Shown: positions 41,649 through 53,106, counted from the whole stretch's first letter. The stretch is DNA of 63,705 nucleotides, filler included, from Aduncisulcus paluster (GCA_024181965.1; 5 parts of 5 records of this genome joined end to end with filler, not necessarily neighbours in it); one strand, 5' to 3'. Notes: a model not told the origin generated them from the letters alone. Made by a program: numbers and translations.

Positions 41649-42060
41649 AAATAAATCCGATCATATCATTTAAATCTTTTTTTAGGTAATTTATTTTGAT
41701 TTATTGATGGATAAAAACAAAAAATTATTTCAAGAAAATTTGTTCTATCTTCTGATATCCATTGAGAGCAAGGTACATATATTGAAAAGATATTTTCATA
41801 AAAATGACAGATATAGCAAAAGATTATGCTGCTGCCATTCAGTANNNNNNNNNNNNNNNNNNNNAAATAAATCCGATCATATCATTTAAATCTTTTTTTA
41901 GGTAATTTATTTTGATTTATTGATGGATAAAAACAAAAAATTATTTCAAGAAAATTTGTTCTATCTTCTGATATCCATTGAGAGCAAGGTACATATATTG
42001 AAAAGATATTTTCATAAAAATGACAGATATAGCAAAAGATTATGCTGCTGCCATTCAGTA
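41649..42060. other. Assembly artefact: 196-bp duplication (41649-41844 / 41865-42060) around a 20-N gap
   Basis: Same sequence flanks the gap. Confidence 0.9.
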
Positions 42061-45000
42061 CCTCAGCAAACCCAAAATGATTCTCGATACCAAAAAAGGA
42101 CTGTCTCTCCTAGAAAAACATCTCGATTCGGGGCATCCTCCCCCAAAAACTTTATCTAATGAGCAACAACTTCTACTTTTCTCACATCTATCAGCTATTA
42201 TCAAGTATATCAGCACAGGCAAGGCTCAAGACCTTGCTTTGAGAGTATTTCCCATAATGTCGAAGCTTTTGACCCGTTCTGAAGCTATTGAAAGTGAACT
42301 AAGGAGACAAGGCCCGGCCTTTTTTAAGGATTGTGGTTTGATGGATTGGAAATTAGTTGTATCCCCCGATATCCTTCTTTCTGCCGCTCATTTTATTTGT
42401 ACAGTTTCCCATATGATCCCAACAATTAATCCATTGATGATGACAACAAATTCTCGCATCCTCGTTGCTGCAAATTTTATTGATTCCCAAGAGTTGTGGA
42501 AACGAGCTGGAAACAAGGCCCAATATAGTTCAGCCCATTCTTCCCATGCTGCAATTGCTGATCCCGTCTATCGTGTGGCCTGTCTTGAGTCCCAAGCCGT
42601 TGGAAGACTTGGCAAAATTGAAGATCTTGCTACTCGTGTTAATGATCTCGAAGATGAGCGTAAAACTCTCATTAAACGCATAAAAGATCTTGAAGCCAAA
42701 GCTGTTAAAATGGAGAAGGTTACCTCTGATGCCGAAGGTGGTGGTGGTGGATATGCTTTCCTATCTGCACGCATTGACGATGCTTTCCGAGCCATTGCTT
42801 CCCAAGGTGATGATTTACTCCGTTTTAAGAAGACTTCTGATAGCAGGAGTGTCAAGGGCAGTGTTATGGTTGATGGATCTGAGAGGGAATATGAGGTCGA
42901 TGGATCTACTCTCCTTGCTGTCCGTGACCAAGTTAACAAGTTCACTTCTGAAGTCAGGAATAAGCTTAGTGTTGCCTTGAGACGTGTTACTCAGCTTGCT
43001 GAAGAGGTCTCTGTTGTCAAAGATCACATGGATACCTCCAGCACAATCCTTCCCAAGAGTCCCGTTCGTTCTTCTTCCACTCTCTCCCGTACTGGATCTA
43101 CATCATCTATGTCACCATCTAGTGTGTTCTCTTCAGTGATTTCTGAACGGATCAACAAGCTTGAGAACGCTATCATCCGCATGGGTGGAGAGATCGGTGG
43201 GTCTTCTTCCTCCTTCACTCCTTCAGCTCCCTCAACTCCTCGTGTTTCCCATACTTTCAGACACGACGGGAGACTCATTGATGGTAACTCAGGTTCTTCC
43301 TCTTCTTCCTCCTCTTCCTCCTCTTCCTCCTCTTCCTCCTCTTCCTCCTCTTCCTCCTCTTCGATGTCCTCTCTTGCTGTGATGAACAGTACAATCACCA
43401 GGCTTGAAGACCATGCTGCTCAGCTTGGAAGCAGACTCCGTGAGGTCGAAGGAAGATGTGAAACAGTTGAGGACGATGTGAAGGATGTTAAGAGGACAAT
43501 CGGCACTTCCAAATCCCACGATGCTGGCGTTGGTATCTCTCAACCTCTCTCCCTTTCTTCTCTGGCATCTCGCATGGAGGAAGTCGTGCACAATCAGAAA
43601 CAAACTGAAGAACGTCTATGTGATGTCGAGGTCGACTTTACCAGCCGTATTGACAGTGTTCTCTCTGCTGTGAAAAAGAATAACGATAATCTTATGAAAA
43701 TATCCCTTTATTCTGATAGCAGAACCCGTGGAATAGGATCTGAAAGTTCCCGTCACGATGGAAGTGTCTCTGAGTCTACCATACCACACTCTCCTCTCTC
43801 CCGTTCTGAAGGAGCTATATCTCGCTCCTCTGTTGGACATGACACTTCTCAATTGATGGATGATGTTACTCTTGTGAAGGAACAGCTCTCCTCTCTCTCC
43901 CACACCGTTCAGAGCAATGGAGAGTCCATCGAGTCTCTGGGGAGTCGTATCAGGAGTGTTAACGACCGTCTCAGTGTTCAAGTCAAGAACATTGGAGAAG
44001 TACGCACCAAGATGGAGCTTGAGATGAATTCTGCCACTGCTGCAAGGACTGAATTACTCGAAATGTTGAAACGTGTGGGTGAACGTGAAAGCGGTTTCTC
44101 TGGAGAATCTGACACTTTCCATGGACGTCCATCATACTCAACCCCTACCACTGGTGGTGACTCCTTATCTTCCTCTACTGCTCCTCGCTCTATCCGTCTC
44201 CAAAGCAAACGTGTGGACGTAGCTATATCAGAGGCCCGCGAAGCCTTGAACATTTGTCGTAAGGCTGCTGGTAAAGTTGAGGCTCTCGAGGAACGATTCT
44301 CAATTCTCATGGACAAGAGTAACGAGCTTCAGTCCTCTGTACGCCGTAACACTGGAACAATGGGCGGTCTGAAGATCGATGTGACCTCTCGTTTGTCTGG
44401 TTACAGTAAGGAAATTGACACCATCAAGGGTGAGCTGAAACAGATTATGTCCAGTGTTTTGAAGGTGTCTGATGCCTCTGTTGACGATAAAGAAGAAAGA
44501 GAAGAGCTCAGAACGATGATGTCTGACCTTGAACGTAATGTCAATGACATCAGAAGCAGCATCGATGTTGCTCTTGGAACGCTTGCTCTTAGCAACAAGG
44601 AGAGCCGTGCCCAATTGACTGAGCATAACACTGCTCTTGGATCCCTTGAGACTCGTCTTGCAAAGACTGACGCCGAGAGAGAGGTTTTCGAGCGTGATCT
44701 CAAAAAACTCAATGATAATATTGGTGCCATTGTCGAACGTATCAAGGAACTTGAGAGTTATCTTGTTGAAGGAGAAGACAGCGAAACTGATCCTGCAAAG
44801 AGTGCAAGCCGTAGTAACAGTCGGTCTGGACCTCCAGGAGTTGCCGATGAGACAATTGCTGCGAGCAGTTCCCCCACTCCGGCCCGCGTTTCGCTCCAAT
44901 CCTCTGTTTTGGCCCTCCAAGAAAGTGTTGCCGTCATTAGTGGTGAGCTTCAAACCCTTAAACGTGTCCAACGTACCCAGAGTAGCTTGAGCACCACTCC

Positions 45001-46888
45001 ATATCGTCGTGGCTCTTCCTCTTCTCGACTTAGTACACACGCTGAGACTGCTGAGAGTGAGATTGCTGAAGGTCTCTTCTCCTCCCAAATGCCATCTGTC
45101 CTCTCTTCACAGCTTGCTTCTCTATCACAGTCTTTCTCCCAATCTCAGGAAACTCAGGCCGGTCTTGTTGTTCGAGTTGAGGAGCTTGTCGAAGGTGTTG
45201 CCAAGCTCACTGTCGTATTTGACAAGTGGAAGAGGAAAGAACGTGAAGTCATGGGTCCCGAGGTTTCTTCCGAACACGTTGAACGTCTCCATGATGACTC
45301 TGATGGTCACAAGCTGAGGACCAAAATCCAATCCATTGTCAGATCTGTCGAAGAACTGTGTAACATTGTCCTTGTTCACGAACCATTACTCCAACGCATG
45401 GCTGCCAGTAGCAAGGCTCAGGGACTCTTGCTGACAGAGACAAGGGCTCGTGTCAACCAAATTCATCGGGATTCCTCGGGAGGAAGGCCCCACGGAGCTG
45501 CTCTCTCTGTTGCTTCCGATCGTTCATCCTCCCCACATATTGTTCAGTCTTCTTCCTCAAGGCGTGCTAAGAGTGCCATCACATCTCTCCCACCACACAC
45601 TCCCAAGCAGACCCAGACAAGGCCTGTGTGGAGCAAAGGACGTCCAGGATCTGCTCTGATCACCGCCATGGCCAAGAGAGCTGCTGAAAGTGGAAATAAT
45701 AGCCCTTCTCTCTGTGTCCGTGAGAACATTGGATCTGATGCCTCTCTTGGTATAATTGATGCTGATGGAGACGACATTTACTCCCAAATCCAAGAACAAG
45801 CTTTGAATACCATATCTTGTCTCACTTCATCAGGGTCTTCCATTGACGATAAAGTTCACCAGGTCGTCCAGATTGTTCCACATTCCCTTGAGATTGACAT
45901 TGAATACATTTTAGATATCCTGACACTCATGAGTGAGTCTGTGAGCGCTGAGAAGACCTTATTCAGCAATAACTACACCTTGTCTGGCCCTCTGTGTGAG
46001 GCTGTGTTGAAACTCCTTGATTATGACCATGTGAGTGTCCTAGGAATTGTTGGTGTTGCGGCATGCCTCCGTATTGTCAAAACATGTCTTATTAACAAGC
46101 GTTGCTTGGAACAAGCCGTTATCCACTCTCACAAGCATGTCCACCTTCACAATATCACTTCTGTCCTCTCAAGACAAATTGCTGAACCCGATATTCGTCT
46201 CTTGTCACAGACTTCCAGGCCTTGCGGATCTCTTGCACTGAGATTACGCGGGAATGCTGGGAAAGTATGTGTCGAAGTTCTTTCTCTTCAAGCCCTGGCG
46301 TCTTTGTGTCATTCTCCAACTGAGGCCGCAGCTGCCATTACTGCTAAAGTGATGAGTGTCATTTGTAAGCCTATTTGTGATCATTCCAAGAGAATTCGCG
46401 GTGTGACGACTGCTCTCGAGACCGATAGACTTCTTAGTTGTATCGCAGTTCTTCGTGTTCTCATGGACACTCCTGGAGCCATTACAGTGTGTATTGATCT
46501 TGAAATTCACAAACACCTCATTAAGCTTTGCTCTTCTTCTGATATGGGTCTTGTGGAGTGTACCCTCAAGGTTGTCACTGCCTTTGTCAAGACTCGTGAA
46601 GGCAGAGATGCCACAATTCCCTTGATTCTTGAAGAACTTGTTCTTGAGCGTTGTCGTGACTATTCCAAGGGAGTTGGATCAAGGCCTTCCCTTCAACAAA
46701 CTGCCCAGGACACCCTGAGGATATTTGCTCGTTCTAGTGGAGAGTTGAGAGAGAATATGCGTCGTCTAGGGATGACAGAGTATGTTAGCTCAAGTTCTGC
46801 TGGTAAGACAAGCTCAAGTTCACTTCGGGGGCTTGGAATGTTTCTCAGGAAAACTCCTTTGATTGGAAGGAGATCTGATACTAAATAA
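42020..46888 (+). CDS. Large coiled-coil protein with Ser-rich linkers and a C-terminal ARM-like helical region
   Basis: 1622-aa ORF with heptad-rich segments; last ~350 aa are Leu/Val/Cys-rich helices. Confidence 0.85.
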   Translation: MTDIAKDYAAAIQYLSKPKMILDTKKGLSLLEKHLDSGHPPPKTLSNEQQLLLFSHLSAIIKYISTGKAQDLALRVFPIMSKLLTRSEAIESELRRQGPAFFKDCGLMDWKLVVSPDILLSAAHFICTVSHMIPTINPLMMTTNSRILVAANFIDSQELWKRAGNKAQYSSAHSSHAAIADPVYRVACLESQAVGRLGKIEDLATRVNDLEDERKTLIKRIKDLEAKAVKMEKVTSDAEGGGGGYAFLSARIDDAFRAIASQGDDLLRFKKTSDSRSVKGSVMVDGSEREYEVDGSTLLAVRDQVNKFTSEVRNKLSVALRRVTQLAEEVSVVKDHMDTSSTILPKSPVRSSSTLSRTGSTSSMSPSSVFSSVISERINKLENAIIRMGGEIGGSSSSFTPSAPSTPRVSHTFRHDGRLIDGNSGSSSSSSSSSSSSSSSSSSSSSSSMSSLAVMNSTITRLEDHAAQLGSRLREVEGRCETVEDDVKDVKRTIGTSKSHDAGVGISQPLSLSSLASRMEEVVHNQKQTEERLCDVEVDFTSRIDSVLSAVKKNNDNLMKISLYSDSRTRGIGSESSRHDGSVSESTIPHSPLSRSEGAISRSSVGHDTSQLMDDVTLVKEQLSSLSHTVQSNGESIESLGSRIRSVNDRLSVQVKNIGEVRTKMELEMNSATAARTELLEMLKRVGERESGFSGESDTFHGRPSYSTPTTGGDSLSSSTAPRSIRLQSKRVDVAISEAREALNICRKAAGKVEALEERFSILMDKSNELQSSVRRNTGTMGGLKIDVTSRLSGYSKEIDTIKGELKQIMSSVLKVSDASVDDKEEREELRTMMSDLERNVNDIRSSIDVALGTLALSNKESRAQLTEHNTALGSLETRLAKTDAEREVFERDLKKLNDNIGAIVERIKELESYLVEGEDSETDPAKSASRSNSRSGPPGVADETIAASSSPTPARVSLQSSVLALQESVAVISGELQTLKRVQRTQSSLSTTPYRRGSSSSRLSTHAETAESEIAEGLFSSQMPSVLSSQLASLSQSFSQSQETQAGLVVRVEELVEGVAKLTVVFDKWKRKEREVMGPEVSSEHVERLHDDSDGHKLRTKIQSIVRSVEELCNIVLVHEPLLQRMAASSKAQGLLLTETRARVNQIHRDSSGGRPHGAALSVASDRSSSPHIVQSSSSRRAKSAITSLPPHTPKQTQTRPVWSKGRPGSALITAMAKRAAESGNNSPSLCVRENIGSDASLGIIDADGDDIYSQIQEQALNTISCLTSSGSSIDDKVHQVVQIVPHSLEIDIEYILDILTLMSESVSAEKTLFSNNYTLSGPLCEAVLKLLDYDHVSVLGIVGVAACLRIVKTCLINKRCLEQAVIHSHKHVHLHNITSVLSRQIAEPDIRLLSQTSRPCGSLALRLRGNAGKVCVEVLSLQALASLCHSPTEAAAAITAKVMSVICKPICDHSKRIRGVTTALETDRLLSCIAVLRVLMDTPGAITVCIDLEIHKHLIKLCSSSDMGLVECTLKVVTAFVKTREGRDATIPLILEELVLERCRDYSKGVGSRPSLQQTAQDTLRIFARSSGELRENMRRLGMTEYVSSSSAGKTSSSSLRGLGMFLRKTPLIGRRSDTK
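43294..43343 (+). repeat. (TCTTCCTCC)n coding microsatellite encoding poly-Ser
   Basis: Directly visible. Confidence 0.85.
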
Positions 46889-47534
46889 TTATATTCGGTA
46901 ATGGATTGTTTCGATGAATGAATTTCTTTAATTTCTCTGTTTTTTTTTTATTTTATATTTTTCTTATTTTTGATCGATTTTGACCACCCCATAGAGAAAT
47001 TGATATTGTGCTTTTGTGAAATGAATGTTTCACAAATCTCCATACTTGAGCAATGAAGAAATTGGATATCTTCTTTCCCCCTTATTTTGATGGAAGATAT
47101 CTATCAATCCTTATTTTTATTTTTAAAATGTATTAAATGCATTGTATTTTCAACTATTTTGTAAAGAATGTAAACCTTTGAATATATTATTATTATTATT
47201 ATTCTCAAAATTAGACCTGTTCGTTCAGATAGAAGCCATCGACATTGTCATCACGGAAACTCATTTTCCCCCTTGTAATACTGTACTATTCAGCGGATCA
47301 CATGAAGTAGCTTTCGACGATTGGACTGAACGAAATGGAATAAATAAATAAAACCTGGGGTTCGGGTAAATTTTTGTCATGTTTAAAACAAAAATAAAAT
47401 ATTATATTTTTATTGAATTAGTAATAAAGAATCATAAAATGCACTTTATTTCATAATTCATTCAAAAATGAGTGGAGTGAAGATGAATCTTTTTTGACAA
47501 ATTTTGTCAAATCATCTTTTGTTCATAACCCAGG

Positions 47535-47899
47535 ATGTTCAAATATATTTCTTCAAAAACGAATTCCAAACACGATGATAATATTGTTTGGATGCGATAT
47601 AAGCAGTTGAAGAAATTTGATAAAAGAATGAAAAAGGCAGTTGTCATAAATCACCTCTCAAAAGATGTACGACAGAATTTCATCCAAGAACCACCATCTT
47701 CTGAGAACTGTGGTAGATGTATATTATGTGGAGTGCCGTTAAAAACGAATTGTTCAGCATTGTCTCATTTGCTAACAGTGAAACATTGCAATGGAGAATT
47801 GTTATCAAAACCAACGCATCAAGAAGAATCTATTCAAGGGAAAAGAAGACATTTAAGAGAACAGGTGGTGGATAGTGCATTATCATGTGGAATATCAGC
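47535..47899 (+). mobile_element. Possible 5' part of a hAT/CGGBP1-like transposase (C2H2/BED-like finger), truncated at the scaffold end
   Basis: C-x2-C-x12-H-x5-H (CILCGVPLKTNCSALSHLLTVKH) followed by LREQVVDSALSCGIS; the assembly breaks inside it. Confidence 0.35.
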
Positions 47900-47999
47900 N
47901 NNNNNNNNNNNNNNNNNNNNNNNNNNNNNNNNNNNNNNNNNNNTTAATTAATTAANNNNNNNNNNNNNNNNNNNNNNNNNNNNNNNNNNNNNNNNNNNN
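47900..47999. other. Artificial scaffold linker
   Basis: N44-TTAATTAATTAA-N44. Confidence 0.97.
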
Positions 48000-49914
48000 G
48001 AGATGAGGAGTGTCGGGAATGCGATTGTTTGGTGGAAGAAGGGAGGAATGAGCCAAGTTGCTTCTTTGAAGATGGAACAGAATTGAATGAAAATGCCCGA
48101 CGATGAGCACCTGACTGACTCTTAGTGCTAGAGGACCTTTGATGGATCGACGAGGACGATTGGGAGGGTTGGAGAGTCTCCTTACTAGTACTGCTATACC
48201 GACCGCTACCTTGTGTAACCTTCTGAACTTGGGACCTGGAAGAAGAGGAGGGAGAGCGAGTTGTTCTGCTTGTACTGCCATGGGTGCCATGTTCATATCT
48301 ATGCCCTTTGTGCCTGTGTTTCTTGCTTTTCCTGGTTTTTTCCAATGTTGCAGCAGCGAGAGATGCAATGGAAGCATTATGCGTCACTGGAGCTGCACCC
48401 ACACACTGTACAATGGTTGCAGCAGCTATCGTGGTTGCGGTCTGTTGTTGTTGGTCGAAGGAAAGCCCAGATTTGTCCGAGCTATCCGTCATACTCCCTT
48501 CTGAGTGTCTTCGCTGGAATAGAATGGGATTTCCTGTGGGTAAGTATAATGGTGCGTTAGATGGTTTGGTCTGAGGTGACTGCGATATCGATGAAGGAAG
48601 TGTTGAGTTGGGTCCACAGGCTTGTATGCTGTATTGGTATAGCTGTTCTAGGAATGATTTCTGCCCGCTTCGGCTCGATGGAGCCACGGAAGACTCCACA
48701 GCATCCTTATCATCAGCACCGCTCTGGATAGGGAATAAGCCATCAGAATGAACTGTCGAAGGGCTCGACTTCTCAGAATCGGTGTTGGATGAGAGGGCAT
48801 TCTTTTTTGCGAAAGAGATAGTAATGTCTTCGAACCAGAAAATATGGAAAAGATGAACCCAAGCTATTAGGTGTAACAATCCAAAAAGAAGAATAAATAT
48901 TGGATAAAAATAGTTTGAAAACGTTGTAACATTAAAATCATGTTCTGAAAATAATCCAATCGCACTCTTTTGGTGCACCAAATAAGATAGGCTCCTGAAG
49001 AATGAACATTCAGGAAGGTACTTTGGGTCCACATTATATGAAGTATTCATGGATATTATGCTCATAGTTGATACGAGCCCATTTGTAACGGCATCAGAAA
49101 CAGAGGAAACCTCAGAAGAGATGATATTGGTATTTAAAATATAACAATCCAGTGGGGAACTTACTGGACCGTCAATCCAGATGATGAGATCAATAAAAAC
49201 ATTAATAAATCCAATAAATATATGAACAATACAAAAACATAATACAGAAGGAAGGGCGACGCCAACAATCACACGAGATAACGCGGCAATAAATGGATAA
49301 ACTGGAGAAAAAGTGGACTCCATTTGATTATTTGATTCATAATACTTACTATCTGCATTTTGATGCGAATAACTCACTTTTTTGGGATAGGATGACATCG
49401 AAGAATGAGACTGTCCAGAATAAGTATTTGAATGTTTAAAAGTACTAAAGAGTGGTTCTTTTCCAAATACAGAACCAGACGATTGCATATTTAATGTATT
49501 CAAACTCGAATGAAGTTGAGAAAAATCAGTATGGTCATTTTCAGAATTACTTGAAGAATACAATGAATATTTGGTATTAGAGTTTGATTTTTTCGGATGG
49601 AGAACCTTTTCATGATGCGAACCAATAATATATGGAAAATAATGTAAAACATAAAGAGATACAGTCACAATAGCAATAGAAATGGCAATGGATACCCAAT
49701 ACCAATATGAATAGGAATCAATTTCAACATATAAACTTGGAGTTGGATCTAATAATAAAAATGAGACAAATCTTTGCATTTCTTCTTCTTCATTAAACAC
49801 TAATCGAAAAAGGGATAATCCAATGATTACGATAATAGTTTTTGATAAAATATCTTGAAGTCTTGGTATTTGAAATGATAGGCTTCTCGAAAATGCATTT
49901 GTTGTTCTCCCCAT
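48000..49914 (-). CDS. Multi-pass membrane protein with a Ser-rich tail, 3'-truncated
   Basis: About 4-5 hydrophobic segments (e.g. YWVSIAISIAIVTVSLYVL, YPIFILLFGLLHLIAWV). Confidence 0.75.
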
Positions 49915-50266
49915 TTTTTGAGATCTCTACAAGAAGGCGAATTTGTGTTTGTGTGTAATAGAGAGTTTTCATAAAACAAAAACGCAAAATATTAAAGTTA
50001 ATCTAGCAAGATTAAATAAATAAAGCATTTAATTTCACAGATAATTTATTTATTAGGCTCTGGAAAAAAAGCCTGATGTTCCAACTTTCCAATTAGGTCC
50101 CCTCTCACTCATAATGAGTATCTAGGTTATCCCTCAAAGGTAGATCCCACACGATCTGCAAAATAAAAAAAAAATAACATGAAAATAAACAAATAGAAAA
50201 TAAAAAGGATGAAATTAAATCATCACACTGAGGTGTATTATTATTATTCAAAATTATTATAGGAGC

Positions 50267-51871
50267 TTATTCAGCGGGTTCAATTAAGACCATGTACCCA
50301 TCGAATTGACGAGGGGTGATAGTGATGGTGTTGTTATCGGTCACTTCATAAGAGCAAGCATTGGCAGGGTCAAAGGTGACAGTGAATCCCTCGGGATATA
50401 TAATATCGCCACCGGTGTAGATAACGGAAGAAGTAAGGTTCTTAAGATCAGGGAGAATGTGGACATCAAGAGTCCTGGTCTTTGAGACATAGTTGAAGGT
50501 AATAAGATCACCAGAAATCTCCATGGGGTAGGGACGAGCCAAAGCAACAACCTTGTCGGTGAACTCACTGCCGTCAGAGGCAAATAATCCCTCATTTCCA
50601 TCAGAAGCAATGGTTGTTGGATCATTGAAGCTCTTGTAGGCCCAGTAGAGAACAGGAACGAGTTCATCATCATACACATTCATGGTATCCTTCATTCCAG
50701 CAAGACACTGCTCATCGTCATCGATACAGGCTCCAAACTCGGTCATCAAGAGACCACCAAAGCCCTTGTCTTCGGCATCAGCTACACGAACGGACACAAC
50801 CTCGAAATCGACTCCTTCACAGAGAGCAAGCCAACCTTTGGCCTTGGGGGATCCCTGATGTAGGGCATGGCAATAGTCGTGGAAGGAAATACCAATCTGT
50901 GAGTAAGGGAAAGGACCGAGAAGCTCAGACTCAGAGGAATCGGGGAATCCAGTCTTTGCAAAGTTACGAAGCTCAGGCTCAATGAAGACAAGATGGTAAG
51001 GATCAATGTCATAGATGGCAGTAAGAATCTCCTTATAAAATGGAACCAAGACTTCCTCTTCACACTTTGCAGCTTCAGCCTTCCAGAGAGGGTGATCATA
51101 AAAGTTGCAAACAGGCTCGTTCAAAATCTCGTACCCAATGACGTTCTCAGCAGTCCTAAAGGTCTCAGCAACTGCAATCCAGTGTTGTTTAAAGAGATCA
51201 ATAAGATTTTGACCAAGAGTAACAGACTCAAGACCACCAAGGGCAGCCTGTTGCCAAGGGTTGCATCCATCGACATCGAAGAAACAATCGGACATAACAC
51301 CAACCTGGGCAGTGTTGTACCAATCGACAAAGGTTCTTTGTTGGCAACTCTCAGCTGAGGGAATTCCTTCATCATCAATATCCATATCATCAGTGTAAGG
51401 GAAAGGGAAGGAATTCTTAGCAGTATCAGGTCCAGGGGGTAAGACACATTCACTAAGACCATTTCCACAGAATGCTGGGGTAAATACATCTTGATGAGTG
51501 TCTAAAATTACATAAATACCATAGGTGATCAATAAGTCAACCATATCTCTTAAATTTGCGAGATAATCGGAATCAGAATCCCCACAATCGGGGATAACAC
51601 CTTGGAGAGGAACACCGAGCCTGATAAGATTGATTCCATGATCTTGTAACCATTGCATATCTGTTTCATTCAAAGAGGTGATCGGATCCCAATCGCCGGA
51701 AGAAGGCATGAAAGGAGCCTCTTTCATAACAGTATTCACACCCCTGAAATAGACATTCTTACGAATTCTATCGTCATAGAAGATACCAAAGTCACTGAAA
51801 GAGACGAGGGCTTCAGACAGAGGAATAACAAAAAATATGATACAACAAAGAAAGAGTATTAATTTTGACAT
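50267..51871 (-). CDS. Secreted or lysosomal GH5 glycoside hydrolase, endoglycoceramidase-like
   Basis: Signal peptide; FRGVN, NLIRLG, YVILDTHQD, GYEILNEP (acid/base), FHDY, MTEFG (nucleophile), ARPYP and a C-terminal beta domain. Confidence 0.9.
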   Translation of the reverse strand: MSKLILFLCCIIFFVIPLSEALVSFSDFGIFYDDRIRKNVYFRGVNTVMKEAPFMPSSGDWDPITSLNETDMQWLQDHGINLIRLGVPLQGVIPDCGDSDSDYLANLRDMVDLLITYGIYVILDTHQDVFTPAFCGNGLSECVLPPGPDTAKNSFPFPYTDDMDIDDEGIPSAESCQQRTFVDWYNTAQVGVMSDCFFDVDGCNPWQQAALGGLESVTLGQNLIDLFKQHWIAVAETFRTAENVIGYEILNEPVCNFYDHPLWKAEAAKCEEEVLVPFYKEILTAIYDIDPYHLVFIEPELRNFAKTGFPDSSESELLGPFPYSQIGISFHDYCHALHQGSPKAKGWLALCEGVDFEVVSVRVADAEDKGFGGLLMTEFGACIDDDEQCLAGMKDTMNVYDDELVPVLYWAYKSFNDPTTIASDGNEGLFASDGSEFTDKVVALARPYPMEISGDLITFNYVSKTRTLDVHILPDLKNLTSSVIYTGGDIIYPEGFTVTFDPANACSYEVTDNNTITITPRQFDGYMVLIEPAE

Positions 51872-52199
51872 GTGGGATTCTGTTTAATTTTGTTTCTTCG
51901 AAGAAATGGAAGTCATTTTTTTTGTTCTGGGGTTGTACAGATTTACAACAGTTTTACTTTATTAAAATAATTATTTATTCCATTTTAAATCATTTTATTT
52001 TTATGAATCCGTATTTTCAATCAGAGGATGCTGGAAAAATAGATAGATATTACAAAAAAAAGAAGGTAACTAAAAAACTTCCATGAGATTTTTATGAATA
52101 TTGAGAAATTTAATTCTGGAATTTTATACTTTCCACTGGAAGCTGGCAGGTTGGATATGATCATCGTCTCATACATTTGTATCCACAATCAATTTCAAG

Positions 52200-52895
52200 A
52201 TGATTCGGAAAACTTATATTTGTTTATCTATTGTTTTCCTTTTTATCTCTCTTGTTTTTTCTCAACAATTGAATATTCATTTTGACCTCACTCCAAGTAT
52301 CGCCAATACTGCCAAAGGTATTGATGAAAAATGTCATCAATATGATCCTAGTGATGACATTTGGTTAAATGATTATATGAAACCACATGTTACATTGTAT
52401 TTAGCCGAATTTCTTGATGAATACATTGCCGATGTTGTAGCAGCAATTAGGATTGCTTTGCTTGGATGTTCATCATCTTTTACATATGCCACAGAAACTC
52501 ATTATGCTTCTGGCTCTTATCTTATGTGGTCAACAGAAAAACCCGAGGCTATGCAAGTTTTGTCGAATTGTATCGTACTTGCCACCAGTCAATTCCGGGA
52601 TCCAAATGCTGAAATGCCGCAATGGATTTTGGATTTGCCCGATGGGGATGAAAAAGACCGTAAAGAATCTTATTTTAATCAATACGGATCTCCAAACGTT
52701 TTTGATGAATTTTATCCTCACATTACTCTTGCTTATGACGATAATGCTAATAATATTTCATTTTTGGAAGAACAAATACCTCAACCCGATATTTTGACGG
52801 GAACAGGCTGTGATGTTGTGGTCGGACAAGTTGGACCCCATGGTTCTGTTATTAAGGGACAATCGCTGGCTCAAATTCATTTAGATTGTTACTAA
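52200..52895 (+). CDS. 2H-phosphoesterase superfamily protein with a signal peptide
   Basis: Two HxT motifs (KPHVTLY, YPHITLAY); N-terminal ICLSIVFLFISLVFS. Confidence 0.8.
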   Translation: MIRKTYICLSIVFLFISLVFSQQLNIHFDLTPSIANTAKGIDEKCHQYDPSDDIWLNDYMKPHVTLYLAEFLDEYIADVVAAIRIALLGCSSSFTYATETHYASGSYLMWSTEKPEAMQVLSNCIVLATSQFRDPNAEMPQWILDLPDGDEKDRKESYFNQYGSPNVFDEFYPHITLAYDDNANNISFLEEQIPQPDILTGTGCDVVVGQVGPHGSVIKGQSLAQIHLDCY

Positions 52896-53106
52896 TAACA
52901 TTAATCAAATGAATTAAAACCTTTTCATCATTTTTCATTTTGGATTTTTTATTTTTTCATTAAATCATTTTTGGAGCATTCATTTTTTTGTCGGCTAGTT
53001 TATCTTTCATTTTTTATTAAATTTGAAATTGTTTTGGGAATTGCAATAAAACTTTATCCTCATCAACAAGATTTATTATCTTTTTCGTTTTTTTGGGCTT
53101 GAATAG

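Noticed and set aside
4675-42060. Internal tandem duplications in RNase Z, the HPS5-like gene, the Ser-rich gene and the coiled-coil gene start
   Set aside because: Each duplicate exactly abuts a 20-N gap and collapsing it gives a clean gene; these are unmerged contig overlaps.
42465-46516. Many antisense and alternate-frame ORFs inside long genes (also in GH5, kinase and MORN genes)
   Set aside because: Expected shadow ORFs from codon bias; none carries a recognisable domain.
47240-47340. 5S rRNA-like words on the - strand (GAAAGCTA...TAGTAC...GGGAA)
   Set aside because: The 5' half and terminal helix of 5S cannot be built and the spacing is inconsistent.
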